Shown: positions 1 to 10,266, counted from the first letter of the stretch. The stretch is DNA of 64,000 bases from Candidatus Latescibacterota bacterium (GCA_965204725.1 OZ242005.1:3680001-3744000); one strand, 5' to 3'. Program-made: numbers and translations. The notes: generated from the letters alone by a model not told the origin.

Positions 1-1
1 G

Positions 2-181
2 GCGGACGATCCCAGCCAAGCCGAGCGGATTGGCGAGCTGAAGCAACGACTGGAGGCGTGGTACGAACGCTACGTAGTGCCCGAGCGCGACGGCCGCAAC
101 TATGCGGTGACCGGCAAGGGGCAACTCAGGCCGGTGGGGAACTCCGCGACCAGCAAGCACCAACCTTTCGCGCAGGAGTAG
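2..181 (+). CDS. 3' end of a gene entering from the left edge, probably a sulfatase-like hydrolase
   Basis: Manual translation ADDPSQAERIGELKQRLEAWYERYVVPERDG...VTGKGQL...QE* resembles sulfatase C-termini; only 59 aa visible. Confidence 0.45.
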   Translation, partial: ADDPSQAERIGELKQRLEAWYERYVVPERDGRNYAVTGKGQLRPVGNSATSKHQPFAQE

Positions 182-194
182 CTGGCGGCCTTAT

Positions 195-295
195 TACACG
201 ACACTAGCCTCCAACTTTCTCAGGAGCGAGGGCATCTTGCCCTCGTCGAGGGCGGGACGCCCTCGATCCCGGACGTAGCGGCAACAGCAGAAAAG
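195..295. repeat. Palindromic MITE/REPIN-like element, copy 1
   Basis: TACACGACAC left end followed by the GAGGGCATCTTGCCCTC...GAGGGCGGGACGCCCTCGATCC palindrome; same element at 19505 and 45854. Confidence 0.8.
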
Positions 296-327
296 GCGGA
301 CCTCGATATGCGCTTGATTTTCAGCAC

Positions 328-1899
328 TCAGCCACCCAGCGGCGCAATTCGCTCCAGCACCAAGCCTTCAGGCCGCACAAAGTCCTTGTAGCGGACCCGT
401 ATTTCCGCCCCGTTGATGCTGCGGGCAAAACCCGCACGCGCCTCCAGCTTCTTCACCTCAATCTCAACCCGATTGGCGCCGCGCCTTATTTCCTCGGGCG
501 CCAAGCGAAAGCGGAACCAATGCGCGGAAAAACCCAACGGGGCTTGCACCGCCATATTGCCGGCGAGCTGTAGGGGAATGGTCAGTGCCCGCTCGTCGCT
601 GATCTCGGCTTCGGCGCGGGACAGGACCCGGCCGTTAAAGCGCGTTTCTATCTCGTCCTCAATGCAGAAAAAGGCAAAGCGCAGCGTCAGGATGGCCGGG
701 CGCATCTCGCCATCGCGGCGGGCGCTCTCCACGTCGTCGGCCACCCAGATATCGAGCGCGACCGTTTCGCCTTCCAACAACTGTTCCGGCACTTGGCGCG
801 CCGGCGTACAAGTCTCCTCCCCTATCGCCCCCTCGCGTGGCTGTAGCAGGTAGCGCTTGTCGCGCCGGGCGTGGGCTTGCGGATAGGCCATCTCGCGCAG
901 GATCTGGTACTCGCGCTCGGCAAAGGGCCAAGGCATATAGCCCAGATACATCCCGGCGTAGCCCTGCCAAGCTAACGTCTGGCTGAGGGCGCGGTACATC
1001 TCAATGCTCGGCAATCCCACCCGCTCGTCGTAAATCCGCCGCGGCGGCCGATAATACGCCGCAGCACCCGCATGCTCGGCCACCTCGGCCAACCACGGCG
1101 TCCAAATGCCGGGGTCAACTAGCACATTCTCGTCTTGGCCGACGACCCAATCGAGGCTGCCGGCCCGGAGCCACGCCGCCACGTCCAGCCCCACTGCGAG
1201 GTTGGCTTCCTCTGTTAGTTTTACCCGCGCCATAAGCGGAATTTTGCGGCCCTGCCGCGCGCCGATTTCCTCGGCCAAGCGCCGCACCTTGGCCACGAAC
1301 TCAGTCATCAGGGGCGCGTTTTTTTGAATTTCATCCTGTTTGAAATAGAAGTTGTCAAAGCAAAAATCCAACTCCAATCCATCGGCTCGGTAGCCTTCCA
1401 ACACCTCGCCGATGATGGCCAGTTTGTCGTCCTGCACAGCCGCTTGCGCGTAGTCGTAGCACCACTCGGCCCGGCCCGCGTCGCCAATGCACACCGCAGC
1501 TCCGCGCTGCTCCTTGAGCCGCCCCGAGCGCTCGTGTCCCGGCCGGGAAGAGTCCTGTAGCTTTAGGCTGGGAAAGACCTTTAGCCCCGTAGCGCGGCCG
1601 CGCTCAATCACAGCCCGCAGTTGGTCTGTGCCCAGCTCTTGGGCCGCCTCGACCATCCGCATGATCCGCCAGTCAATGTAGTTTTCCCACACCTCCTTTC
1701 CCTGCCCTACCACGCGGCCAACCGCGCTCTGGTGAAAGAAGACGTCGCTATAACCCAATCCCAAAACCAGCAAATCCACGCCCGTGCCCAACACCTCATC
1801 TACCGGCCAGTGCAGGAGGTGGCGGCTAGCCGGTGGTTCGAGTCGCTTGGCGTGAAAGTGGTGCGCGTCGTTGTAGTGAATCAAACGGGGGCGGTCCAT
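328..1899 (-). CDS. Hypothetical protein, glycoside-hydrolase-like TIM barrel (GHL10/DUF187-like)
   Basis: 523 aa ORF; HYNDAH N-terminus and DGLELDF motif typical of this family. Confidence 0.6.
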   Translation of the reverse strand: MDRPRLIHYNDAHHFHAKRLEPPASRHLLHWPVDEVLGTGVDLLVLGLGYSDVFFHQSAVGRVVGQGKEVWENYIDWRIMRMVEAAQELGTDQLRAVIERGRATGLKVFPSLKLQDSSRPGHERSGRLKEQRGAAVCIGDAGRAEWCYDYAQAAVQDDKLAIIGEVLEGYRADGLELDFCFDNFYFKQDEIQKNAPLMTEFVAKVRRLAEEIGARQGRKIPLMARVKLTEEANLAVGLDVAAWLRAGSLDWVVGQDENVLVDPGIWTPWLAEVAEHAGAAAYYRPPRRIYDERVGLPSIEMYRALSQTLAWQGYAGMYLGYMPWPFAEREYQILREMAYPQAHARRDKRYLLQPREGAIGEETCTPARQVPEQLLEGETVALDIWVADDVESARRDGEMRPAILTLRFAFFCIEDEIETRFNGRVLSRAEAEISDERALTIPLQLAGNMAVQAPLGFSAHWFRFRLAPEEIRRGANRVEIEVKKLEARAGFARSINGAEIRVRYKDFVRPEGLVLERIAPLGG

Positions 1900-1912
1900 G
1901 GCTAGCTCCTAC

Positions 1913-3028
1913 TTAGTCTTTTTTGTGGGACAAAACCTGATCCATGTATTTTTCGCGGCCAAAGATCGGCTTCTTGTTGTACATCCGCGAGGGCTTGGGG
2001 ATGATGCGTAGGCTGCGGTCGGCCAGCGGCAAGGGCACGGGCGCACACCCCCGCCGGTGCGACTCGCGCACCGCAATGGCCATTTCGAGGACCTTGACGC
2101 CGTTCTCGCCGCTGCCGGGTGGGTCCTCGCCCCGCTCCAGCGCGTCGATAATGGCCTTGCAGCTTGCCACGTTGCGGTCCCCGGGCCACCGCCAGCCCTC
2201 GGCGTCGTACCCGCGCTCTGGGCCGTAGATTGGCCCCTCCGGCAAGACGCCCTCAATTTTTTCCAACTTCTCCCAGCTCGCTCCGTCGCCTTCGGCGTAC
2301 CGGTACAAGCCTACGAGGTTGTCGTCCGAGCGGAAGACCCCGTCCGCACAAGCCACCTCGTAGCCGCGGCCGCGCCCATCCTCGTCGCGGGCGATAAACG
2401 CCTCAATCCCATTGGTGAAGCGCACGTATCCGGCCCCGCCTTGGTCGTGGTCGCTCAGGGGATCGTCGCGGACCCAACCCGATACCCACGCCACCTCGGC
2501 GCATTCTGCGAAGTGGCGCATCAGGGTGAAACGCTGGCAGCCCCCACCCGACATCTCCGTGCCCGACCCCCCGAGCAGCGCGACGCGCTTGACCGGCCCC
2601 AACTCGCCCGCGCCGATGAACGCTAGGGCCTTTTGGTAGGCCGGCAGGTTCACGTCCAAGTCGCCGGCGCCAAAGGAGATGCGCCGGCGTTTGCACTCGG
2701 CGACCATCCGGTCGGCCTCTTCGAGGGAGGCCGCGATCGGCTTTTCGCAGAGAATGGCCTTAACCCCGGCTCGAGCGCAGGCGATGACGACCTCCGGGTT
2801 GGCCCGGACCGGCAAAATCGGCGCGGCAATATCGAGGGCCTCTTTTTCTAGCATCTGGCGATAGTCGGCATAACCGGGCACCCCAGTGCGTTTTTGAAAC
2901 AGCGCCAGATTCTCCGGGTCTCCATCCGCCACGGCCACCAACTCCGTGCGCTCATCGAGCATGTAAGCGCGGGCGTGCTGCGTCCCTTTGCGCCCAGCCC
3001 CGATCAACCCCACGCGATACTTAGCCAT
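1913..3028 (-). CDS. Gfo/Idh/MocA family oxidoreductase
   Basis: GLIGAGRKG Rossmann motif and CEKP motif. Confidence 0.9.
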   Translation of the reverse strand: MAKYRVGLIGAGRKGTQHARAYMLDERTELVAVADGDPENLALFQKRTGVPGYADYRQMLEKEALDIAAPILPVRANPEVVIACARAGVKAILCEKPIAASLEEADRMVAECKRRRISFGAGDLDVNLPAYQKALAFIGAGELGPVKRVALLGGSGTEMSGGGCQRFTLMRHFAECAEVAWVSGWVRDDPLSDHDQGGAGYVRFTNGIEAFIARDEDGRGRGYEVACADGVFRSDDNLVGLYRYAEGDGASWEKLEKIEGVLPEGPIYGPERGYDAEGWRWPGDRNVASCKAIIDALERGEDPPGSGENGVKVLEMAIAVRESHRRGCAPVPLPLADRSLRIIPKPSRMYNKKPIFGREKYMDQVLSHKKD

Positions 3029-3040
3029 CCGAAACCCTCC

Positions 3041-4099
3041 TTAGATTTTTCGCCGCGTCGCCACGGCCGCGGCCAATTCCTCCAACACCTCCACCGTCGT
3101 CGCCCACCCGATGCAGGCATCGGTAATGCTCTGCCCATACACCAACTCACGGCCTGCCTGCTGTTTCTGGTTGCCCTCAATTAGGTGGCTCTCCAGCATG
3201 ACCCCGAAAACATCCCGCGCCCCTCCCGCCACCTGCGCGGCCACAGCGCGCACAACAGCCGGCTGACGCTTGTGATCTTTGGCACTGTTGCCGTGGCTGC
3301 AATCGATCATCACGCGAGGCGGCAAGCCCGCCTCTTTGAGTTGCGTCGCGGCCGCGCCGACGCTGATGGGATCGCAGTTGGGACCGTCGCTGCCGCCGCG
3401 CAAAATCAGATGACAGCTCGCATTGCCCGAAGTCCCGACAATCGCCGCAATGCCCTGCTTGGTCACCGAGAGAAAGTGATGCGGGTGCCGCGCCGCCCCG
3501 ATAGCGTCGAGGGCGATCTGCACATTGCCCGCGGTCCCGTTCTTGAAGCCAACGGGCATGGACAGACCCGAAGCCAACTCGCGGTGAACCTGACTTTCGG
3601 TCGTGCGAGCACCAATGGCACCCCAAGCGATCAAGTCGGCGATAAATTGCGGCGTGATGGTATCGAGGAATTCGGAACCGACCGGCAACCCCATATCCCC
3701 CAACTGCACCAACAAGCCGCGCGCGGCGCGCAAGCCGCTGTTTATATCGAAGCTGTCGTCCAAGTGCGGATCGTTGATCAATCCCTTCCAGCCGACGGTC
3801 GTGCGCGGCTTCTCAAAGTACACGCGCATCACCACGTGCAACTCGTCGCTTAGGGCCGTGGCCCTTTCCGTTAGCCGGGCCGCGTATTCAAGCGCGGCTT
3901 GGGGGTCGTGGATCGAACAGGGGCCGACCACCACCACGAGCCGGTCGTCCGCTCCGGCTAATAGGGCGTCCAAGGTGTGCCGGGCCGCGGCCACGGTGTG
4001 GGAGGCCTTTTCCGAGATGGGCAGCTCTTCCATGAGAATCGCCGGTGGTATCAGCGGTTTGAGTTGGGCAATACGCAGATCGTCGGTTGATTCAAACAA
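3041..4099 (-). CDS. aroG: 3-deoxy-7-phosphoheptulonate (DAHP) synthase, class I
   Basis: GPCSIHD, RVYFEKPRTTVGWKG, IGARTTESQVHR and DCSHGNS motifs; TTG start with AGGAG RBS. The aroF/G/H isoform cannot be resolved. Confidence 0.95.
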   Translation of the reverse strand: MFESTDDLRIAQLKPLIPPAILMEELPISEKASHTVAAARHTLDALLAGADDRLVVVVGPCSIHDPQAALEYAARLTERATALSDELHVVMRVYFEKPRTTVGWKGLINDPHLDDSFDINSGLRAARGLLVQLGDMGLPVGSEFLDTITPQFIADLIAWGAIGARTTESQVHRELASGLSMPVGFKNGTAGNVQIALDAIGAARHPHHFLSVTKQGIAAIVGTSGNASCHLILRGGSDGPNCDPISVGAAATQLKEAGLPPRVMIDCSHGNSAKDHKRQPAVVRAVAAQVAGGARDVFGVMLESHLIEGNQKQQAGRELVYGQSITDACIGWATTVEVLEELAAAVATRRKI

Positions 4100-4167
4100 G
4101 TCTTTTACTCCTTGAATGGTTATAAGTTTTATCGCCTAAATACGAATTGGCAAGCCGCGACGCCTTC

Positions 4168-4199
4168 TTGACACGCCCAAGCCCAACCCCGTATATAAT
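4168..4199 (+). promoter_or_regulatory. Putative sigma70-type promoter
   Basis: TTGACA (4168) and TATATAAT (4192-4199) in the divergent intergenic region, about 30 nt before the ATG at 4231. Confidence 0.5.
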
Positions 4200-4230
4200 T
4201 CGCTTTTTTACCCCGCCTCAGAGAGCGACC

Positions 4231-5232
4231 ATGGGAAACACGCCACCGGCCGAAGGCATCCGCATCCCAGCCGCGGCCTTGCGCCAATTCACCGCCGACC
4301 TCTTTCTCCAAGCCGGCACCCACCCGGCGGACGCCCGGCTCCTCGCCGACCTTTTGACCGCCACCGACCTGCGCGGCGTCCACAGCCACGGGACTTGGCA
4401 ACTCCCCGGATATGTGCGCCTGATGCTCCAAGGCCGCGTCAATCCCCGCCCTAATATAAAGGTGGTCAGCGCAACTACCACCACTCGCGTCTATGACGGC
4501 GACGGCGGCCTAGGCCACCTGCCCTGCCACCGCGCCATGGCTTGGGCCGCCAAAACGGCCGCCGAGTACGGCACGGCCGCGGCGACCACCCGCAACCACT
4601 TCCACTTCGGCAGCGCCGGCAAGTACTCGCGGATCGCCGCCGCGGCTGGCTGCATCGGGGTCGCCATCTCCTCGCACCGCTACGAGCTGCCGCCGGACTC
4701 GCTCGTCAAAGGCGTCAACGCCACTTCGCCGATTAGCATTGCCTTCCCCAACCGGGAGCAACCGCCCCTCGTGCTCGACATGGGGGCCTCAATGCTGCCT
4801 TGGGACGAAAACCTCTTCGCTCAGATCCCCTTTGCTTTTTTTAAGGAACTGGGCATCGGCGCGGTAAACCGGGCGCTGGGCGGCGTACTGGCCGGGATTT
4901 ACCTGCCGCAATTTATCCCGCCGACCTCGCCTTGGGAGTCCAATCAAGGCACCTTCCTCGCCGCCTTTGACGTGCGCGCTTTTATGCCGTTAGAAGAATT
5001 CCACGCGCAGATGGACGCGTTCGTCGTTACCGCGCGCAACATGCGGCCCTTCCCCGGCCTCAACCGCGCCGAGCTGCCCGGCAATCTGGAGTGGCAACGG
5101 GAGCGCGAGTACGCCCGCGACGGCGTGCCCATCAGCCCGCAACACCAGCAGAACCTTCAGGCCCTAGCCGACGAGCTAGGGGAGGCCACGCCCTTCGCCG
5201 CCTATGAACACACCCGCTTTACTTCCCCATAG
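4231..5232 (+). CDS. Ldh_2 family (malate/L-lactate/sulfolactate dehydrogenase-like) oxidoreductase
   Basis: DLRGVHSHG, DGDGGLG, NHFHFG and LDM motifs; ATG 4231 preferred over the upstream TTG. Confidence 0.85.
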   Translation: MGNTPPAEGIRIPAAALRQFTADLFLQAGTHPADARLLADLLTATDLRGVHSHGTWQLPGYVRLMLQGRVNPRPNIKVVSATTTTRVYDGDGGLGHLPCHRAMAWAAKTAAEYGTAAATTRNHFHFGSAGKYSRIAAAAGCIGVAISSHRYELPPDSLVKGVNATSPISIAFPNREQPPLVLDMGASMLPWDENLFAQIPFAFFKELGIGAVNRALGGVLAGIYLPQFIPPTSPWESNQGTFLAAFDVRAFMPLEEFHAQMDAFVVTARNMRPFPGLNRAELPGNLEWQREREYARDGVPISPQHQQNLQALADELGEATPFAAYEHTRFTSP

Positions 5233-5246
5233 AAGAAGAGGAAGCC

Positions 5247-6260
5247 ATGGCTCAACCCCGCATCCTGTCCAGCGTCGAGATCGAGTTTCAGGGCCAAAGC
5301 CAAGCCCGTGCGCTTATGGAGCGCGCCGGCTTCGCCGTCGAGGTCCGGCATCCCCAACCCGGCTGGCCCGACGAGGAGACGCGCACCAAGCTGGCCGGCT
5401 TTGACGCCCTGCTGGCCGGCGGCGAAAACCTCAACGCCGACACCATGGGCCGAGCAGCCCAACTCAAGATCATCGCCCGCAACGGCGTCGGCTTCGACAA
5501 AGTTGATCTCGATTACTGCACCCAACGCGGCATCGTCGTCACCAATACCCCCGGTGCCATGGCCGACGCAGTGGCCGACCTGACCTTTGCCCTGCTCCTC
5601 GGGATGGTGCGCTCGCTCCGGTTAGGCGACCAGCGGGTCAAGGCGGAAGACACCTACGACGTTCCCGTTGGCGAAGACCTCGGCGTCATGACCTTGGGGC
5701 TGGTCGGCTGTGGGCGCATCGGCGCCGAAGTCGTGCGCCGCGCTCGCGGCTTCAAGATGCAGGTCTTGGTCCACGACCCCTATATCGACGACGCCCAAAT
5801 CCGCGCCCTCGGCGCCGAGCCGGCCGACCGCGCCGCGCTCCTGTCCCAAGCCGACGCCGTTACCTTGCACCTGCCGCTGACCGCGGAAAATCGCCAGCTC
5901 GTCAATGCCGAGTTCCTCGGCCTTATGAAAGAGGGGGCCTACCTGATCAACACTGCCCGCGGCGGTTTGGTTGACGAAGCCGCCCTGATCGCCGCCCTCG
6001 ACCGCGGCCATTTAGCCGGTGCCGGTCTCGACTGCCAAGCGAGTGAGCCGCCGCAAGGCCAATCCCTCGAACTGGTCAGCCGCGACAAGGTGCTGGCCCT
6101 GCCCCACACCGGCTCCAAGACCCTCAGCGCCCGCAAGCGCATGGCCCTCGTCGCCGCGCAGAGCATCGTCGCCCTGTTGCAGGGCAGAGTCCCCGATCAC
6201 GTGGTCAATAAAGAAGTGCTGGATAAATTGGATTTGACGGGCGAGCGGTCGGGAATGTAG
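5247..6260 (+). CDS. D-isomer-specific 2-hydroxyacid / phosphoglycerate dehydrogenase family protein
   Basis: RNGVGFD, GLVGCGRIG, INTARG and PHTG motifs. Confidence 0.9.
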   Translation: MAQPRILSSVEIEFQGQSQARALMERAGFAVEVRHPQPGWPDEETRTKLAGFDALLAGGENLNADTMGRAAQLKIIARNGVGFDKVDLDYCTQRGIVVTNTPGAMADAVADLTFALLLGMVRSLRLGDQRVKAEDTYDVPVGEDLGVMTLGLVGCGRIGAEVVRRARGFKMQVLVHDPYIDDAQIRALGAEPADRAALLSQADAVTLHLPLTAENRQLVNAEFLGLMKEGAYLINTARGGLVDEAALIAALDRGHLAGAGLDCQASEPPQGQSLELVSRDKVLALPHTGSKTLSARKRMALVAAQSIVALLQGRVPDHVVNKEVLDKLDLTGERSGM

Positions 6261-6292
6261 AAGTATTGCCACGGCACTCTCCTCGTTCCAGA

Positions 6293-6320
6293 TTGACAAT
6301 ATACCATTTAATGGTATATA
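6293..6320 (+). promoter_or_regulatory. TA promoter with operator palindrome
   Basis: TTGACA at 6293 followed by the perfect inverted repeat ATATACCATT-T-AATGGTATAT (6299-6319), which overlaps the spacer and -10; ATG at 6328 has no RBS. Confidence 0.7.
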
Positions 6321-6327
6321 TCCTATT

Positions 6328-6594
6328 ATGCCATGGACAGTTTACCTGACTCGAAGAGCGTATAAGCAACTGTCAAAGCTACCGCAGAGGATCTGGGACT
6401 TGGCCGACCTTGCAGTGGCTGACATGGAGGAACAGGGTATTAACCCACAAGGCTGGGATACTCTAAAAACCGGCGATAACGAATATCGCTTGCGCCTAAA
6501 CTATCGTTATAGAATGCGCTATCGCGTCACGGACAGGCAGACCTTGGAAATCGAAGTGTTTTATATTGGGCACCGACGGGAGGCATACAGATGA
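6328..6594 (+). CDS. RelE/ParE-superfamily (HigB-like) toxin
   Basis: 88 aa; AYKQLSKLP, YRLR...YRMRY and IGHRREAY motifs; toxin-first gene order. Confidence 0.85.
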   Translation: MPWTVYLTRRAYKQLSKLPQRIWDLADLAVADMEEQGINPQGWDTLKTGDNEYRLRLNYRYRMRYRVTDRQTLEIEVFYIGHRREAYR

Positions 6595-6962
6595 ACCAAG
6601 CATTGGAAATCCATCACGACCTAGCGGACGTAATCGTCAAGCCCAGTGTCACAGTGAACCAAAAACGGTTAAAAAAGATGATCTGCTCAACCCTAGATCA
6701 ATATCTGAACGAAGACCGTGTACCGGCAAAGGAAATCCACGATGAAGCCAGAGAACGCCACGGTGAGTACTATCGAAGCATCGGTTATTACCTCCGTCTG
6801 TATCGCCAGCGTGCAGACCTGACTCAAGCGGCTCTTGCCAAGCGGAGCGGCATCCGGCAGCACCATCTATCTGAAATGGAAAACAACAAACGAGTGTTGG
6901 GAAAAGTAAATGCCAAGAAATTGGCGGAGATACTAGACTGTGATTATCGGAAACTGCTATAG
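6591..6962 (+). CDS. XRE/HTH antitoxin (HigA-like)
   Basis: C-terminal HTH (LTQAALAKRSGIRQHHLSEMENNKR); ATGA overlap with the toxin. Confidence 0.85.
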   Translation: MNQALEIHHDLADVIVKPSVTVNQKRLKKMICSTLDQYLNEDRVPAKEIHDEARERHGEYYRSIGYYLRLYRQRADLTQAALAKRSGIRQHHLSEMENNKRVLGKVNAKKLAEILDCDYRKLL

Positions 6963-7057
6963 GGTCCGAACCAGCCGCTTCCTCGGCTAGATGGTCGCAT
7001 GGCTGCGCTTCTCCCGGCCCTAAGACGACGATCTTCAGGGCCTCCCGTCGCAATAGG

Positions 7058-8131
7058 TTAGCGAACAGGTTGACGTTCAACTTCAGAGTTGGCCTGCTCG
7101 GCCTCGGTTGCTAGCAACTTGTCTCCGTACGCGCTAAGCCTAAGCCGGGTGGGGCTTGCCTCGCACAAGTTGGCTCCAGCCAAGAGCACTACGGACCTGA
7201 GAACATCATGCAACTCACCTTCAACCATATTTGGCAGATCTTCCCACCTAATTGATGTCTCTTGGTATAAAGCGTCGATTAACTGTTGAGCAGTCGGGTC
7301 CAGATACACCGCGGCTAAACGCTCTTGGTTCTGTCGCTCCAGCTTCTGCTCTCTGTCGCTCCCCTTCCGCCCCAACTCCGGCGGCATGAAAAACTCGTAC
7401 TGCTCCGGCGTTCCGTACCCCTCCATCTCGGTCAGCCGCACCCCCGTGCTGTTGAGTGCCGCCTCGACGATCTGCTTGTTGAAGGCGCTGACGTTCTCCT
7501 CGGCCAGATAATCGGCCACCGGCATCCACCGGCACTCGGCGATCTCGTCCTCTTGGATGCTAATCTCCGTGCTCAGGGGGCGCAGGCGGCAGACGAAGTA
7601 AATATCCGACTTGCCGAAGCGGTAGCCGTGCCAGTGGCGGAAGCAGACCAGCGCGTCGAACTCAGTATCGACCCCAGTTTCTTCAGCGACTTCGCGCACT
7701 ACGGCCTCGGCCAAGTGCTCGCCGGCGTGCAGCGCACCGCCGGGCAGCTTGTAGCGCGGCGGCCCGGGCGCGCGCCGGTGGTACTTCTCGCTGACCACCA
7801 ACAACTCCCGCGCCTCGTTGAGCACCACTCCGCCCGCGCCGATATAGTGCGAAGCGTGGGCTGGCACATAAGCACCTTCTTCGAGTTGCAAGGTCAGCAT
7901 TAGGTAGCCGTCGCTGCTGTGGTGGAATGCAAATCCAGCTTCCACTGCTACGGGGATCAACGCCGCCTTGGCAATGGCGACCTCCAGCCAGACGACTCGA
8001 TAGCCTTCGTCCTTCCAAGCCGCCAGCGAAACGCGCAGCCGCTCGGCAAACGCCGCCGGGTCGGGGTCGAGAGCCTCTGGCTTGGGAAGGATGCCGCCGA
8101 ATGGATTGGTCGTTGCCGCAATAGGTTTCAT
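7058..8131 (-). CDS. NUDIX hydrolase (NUDT6-like) with an extra C-terminal segment of about 100 aa
   Basis: Nudix box GGALHAGEHLAEAVVREVAEETG and NUDT6-type N-domain (VWLEV...GFAFHH); sequence after FFMPPELG is compositionally different. Confidence 0.85.
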   Translation of the reverse strand: MKPIAATTNPFGGILPKPEALDPDPAAFAERLRVSLAAWKDEGYRVVWLEVAIAKAALIPVAVEAGFAFHHSSDGYLMLTLQLEEGAYVPAHASHYIGAGGVVLNEARELLVVSEKYHRRAPGPPRYKLPGGALHAGEHLAEAVVREVAEETGVDTEFDALVCFRHWHGYRFGKSDIYFVCRLRPLSTEISIQEDEIAECRWMPVADYLAEENVSAFNKQIVEAALNSTGVRLTEMEGYGTPEQYEFFMPPELGRKGSDREQKLERQNQERLAAVYLDPTAQQLIDALYQETSIRWEDLPNMVEGELHDVLRSVVLLAGANLCEASPTRLRLSAYGDKLLATEAEQANSEVERQPVR

Positions 8132-8252
8132 ATCCCGCCTCCCTCAAGGCCGCTAGTGATAGCAAACCCCACTTGGCGTGTCAACCCGCCCTGCTTTGGC
8201 CCACTGCCGAGCCGTACCCTATACTATCCGGTGCAAAAACACGAGGACTGCC

Positions 8253-10115
8253 ATGCAGCGCACCCTGCACAGAAAGCTCATCGGCCCCAAGGCCCATCGC
8301 CAAGTTCTCGCCTTCCTCGGCGAGCACCTGCCCCACTTCACACCTCCCACTTCGGCCACCGCTTGGCGCGAGCAAGCTCCGGCCCTGCGCGCCCAAGTCC
8401 TCGACCTGTTCTTCCGCGGTCATCCCGTCGGCCTCCTCGCGGAACAGCCGCAAGTCCACTGGGGCGACCGCATCGAGACCGGGGCCGGCTACACCATTCG
8501 CAAGCTGCGCTACGAGGGCTACCCCGGCCTCTGGGTTCCGGCCCTGCTCTACGAGCCGGACCCGCTCGGGGAAAAGGCTCCGGCTGTTCTCAACCCCAAC
8601 GGCCACCACGCTGGCGGCAAGGCCATGGACTACAAACAGGCCCGCTGCATCAACCTCGCCAAGCGCGGAATGCTGGCCCTCAACACCGAATTTCTTGGGA
8701 TGGGAGAGCTACGCGCCGATGTCGAACACAATCGCATCGGCCACCTCGACCTGTGCGGCATCGCCGGCGTCGGCGTGTTCTATCTCCTGATGAAGCGCGG
8801 CCTCGATGTGCTGCTCGCCCACCCCAAGGCCGATCCCGAGCGCATAGGGATGACCGGCCTGTCGGGCGGCGGCTGGCAAACGGCTCTGCTCGCCGCTATC
8901 GACGAGCGAGTCAAAGTCATCGTGCCGGTCGCGGGTCATTCGGCTGTCTGGCAGCGCTGCGGCTGTATCGAGGACATTGGCGACCAAGAGCAATGCCCGG
9001 CCGACCTCTGCACAGTGGCCGATTACGACGCGCTCTCCGCGCTTTTCGCGCCGCGGCCTACTTTGCTCATGTACAACCGCCACGACGACTGCTGCTTCCA
9101 GACGCGGCGGGCGCGCAAATCCATCTACGAACCCATTCGACCGGTCTTCGCGCTTTTGGACGCCCGCGACAACATCGCTCTCTACGACAACACCGACCCC
9201 GGCACCCACAACTACGAGCGCGACAATCGCCGCCAACTCTACAAATTTCTCAACCGACACTGGGGATTAAAAACACCAGACGACGACCTGCCCTATCGCG
9301 ACGAATTGCAAACCGAAGAGGCCCTCGCTGTCGGCTTGCCCCTCGACAACGCCACCTTGCTCTCCATCGCACAGGCCGCTCTTTGCGAGATCAGGAAGCG
9401 CGAGCGAAAAGCGCGGCCGCCAGCCGCTGCCCGCCAAGCGCTCGCATCATTACTCAAGCTGCCACAGTGGAAAAACAGGTCCCTACAAGAAGCCGGCACC
9501 GCGCAAAAGCGCAAAGCCGGCACCATCCAACATTATCTATTGCACCTCGACGATACCTGGACCCTGCCGCTGACCGAATATACGCCGCCCCGCCCTCGGG
9601 GCCTTGAGCTGATCATCGCCGACGGCGGGCGAGGCTCGGTCGCCGACCCGCTGGCCACCGCCCTCGCGCAAAGCCGCCGGGTGCTCGTCGCCGATATTTT
9701 CTCTACCGGCGAACTCCGCACCGACCCGCGCCACCAGATGCTGGTCGCCACCGCCGGCCAGCGCCCGCTCGGCATCCAAGTCGGCCAAGTGCTCGCGCTG
9801 CTGGCGATAGCGAGCCAAAAGAGCCGTGTGGTACACCTGACGGCTCACGGCCGCGTCTGTCCGGTCGTCGCGCTGATCGCCGCCGCGCTAAAACCCCAAG
9901 CCCTCGCCTCCCTGACGACCAACACCTTGCTCGATTCCCTCGGTCGCCTCATCGACTGGCCCCTGCCCTACGACGCGGCCCCGTCCCTTTATTGCTTTGG
10001 CCTACTCGCCGAATTCGACATCCCCGACCTGATCGCGCTCTCGGCCCCCGTGCCCCTCGCCGACCCCCAGCGCGGGCCGCTGCTGACCGCCGCCGTGCCG
10101 AGTAGAGCGGTCTGA
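8253..10115 (+). CDS. Alpha/beta hydrolase, acetylxylan-esterase-like
   Basis: GMTGLSGGG nucleophile elbow, FAPRP and GTHNY motifs; ATG 8253 with GAGGA RBS. Confidence 0.8.
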   Translation: MQRTLHRKLIGPKAHRQVLAFLGEHLPHFTPPTSATAWREQAPALRAQVLDLFFRGHPVGLLAEQPQVHWGDRIETGAGYTIRKLRYEGYPGLWVPALLYEPDPLGEKAPAVLNPNGHHAGGKAMDYKQARCINLAKRGMLALNTEFLGMGELRADVEHNRIGHLDLCGIAGVGVFYLLMKRGLDVLLAHPKADPERIGMTGLSGGGWQTALLAAIDERVKVIVPVAGHSAVWQRCGCIEDIGDQEQCPADLCTVADYDALSALFAPRPTLLMYNRHDDCCFQTRRARKSIYEPIRPVFALLDARDNIALYDNTDPGTHNYERDNRRQLYKFLNRHWGLKTPDDDLPYRDELQTEEALAVGLPLDNATLLSIAQAALCEIRKRERKARPPAAARQALASLLKLPQWKNRSLQEAGTAQKRKAGTIQHYLLHLDDTWTLPLTEYTPPRPRGLELIIADGGRGSVADPLATALAQSRRVLVADIFSTGELRTDPRHQMLVATAGQRPLGIQVGQVLALLAIASQKSRVVHLTAHGRVCPVVALIAAALKPQALASLTTNTLLDSLGRLIDWPLPYDAAPSLYCFGLLAEFDIPDLIALSAPVPLADPQRGPLLTAAVPSRAV

Positions 10116-10160
10116 AAACCCACCTTGGGTCGTGTTGAACAAGCCGTAGAGACAGGATCC

Positions 10161-10185
10161 GTCATTCCCGCGAAAGCGGGAATCC
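10161..10185. repeat. REP-like palindrome GTCATTCCCGCGAAAGCGGGAATCC
   Basis: ATTCCCGC-GAAA-GCGGGAAT hairpin between convergent genes; family members at 14113, 15561, 21065, 25786, 25829 and 52706. Confidence 0.8.
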
Positions 10186-10266
10186 AGCCGGGATCGTTTA
10201 GACGCAAAGGACGACCACCAGAGTTTTCAGACCGCTTCTTAGAAATTGAAGGCCATCAGGAACCTG

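Noticed and set aside
7919-9607. 562-aa alternative-frame ORF, and similar ones such as 55199-56521
   Set aside because: Arg/Pro-rich frame shadows of well-supported genes.
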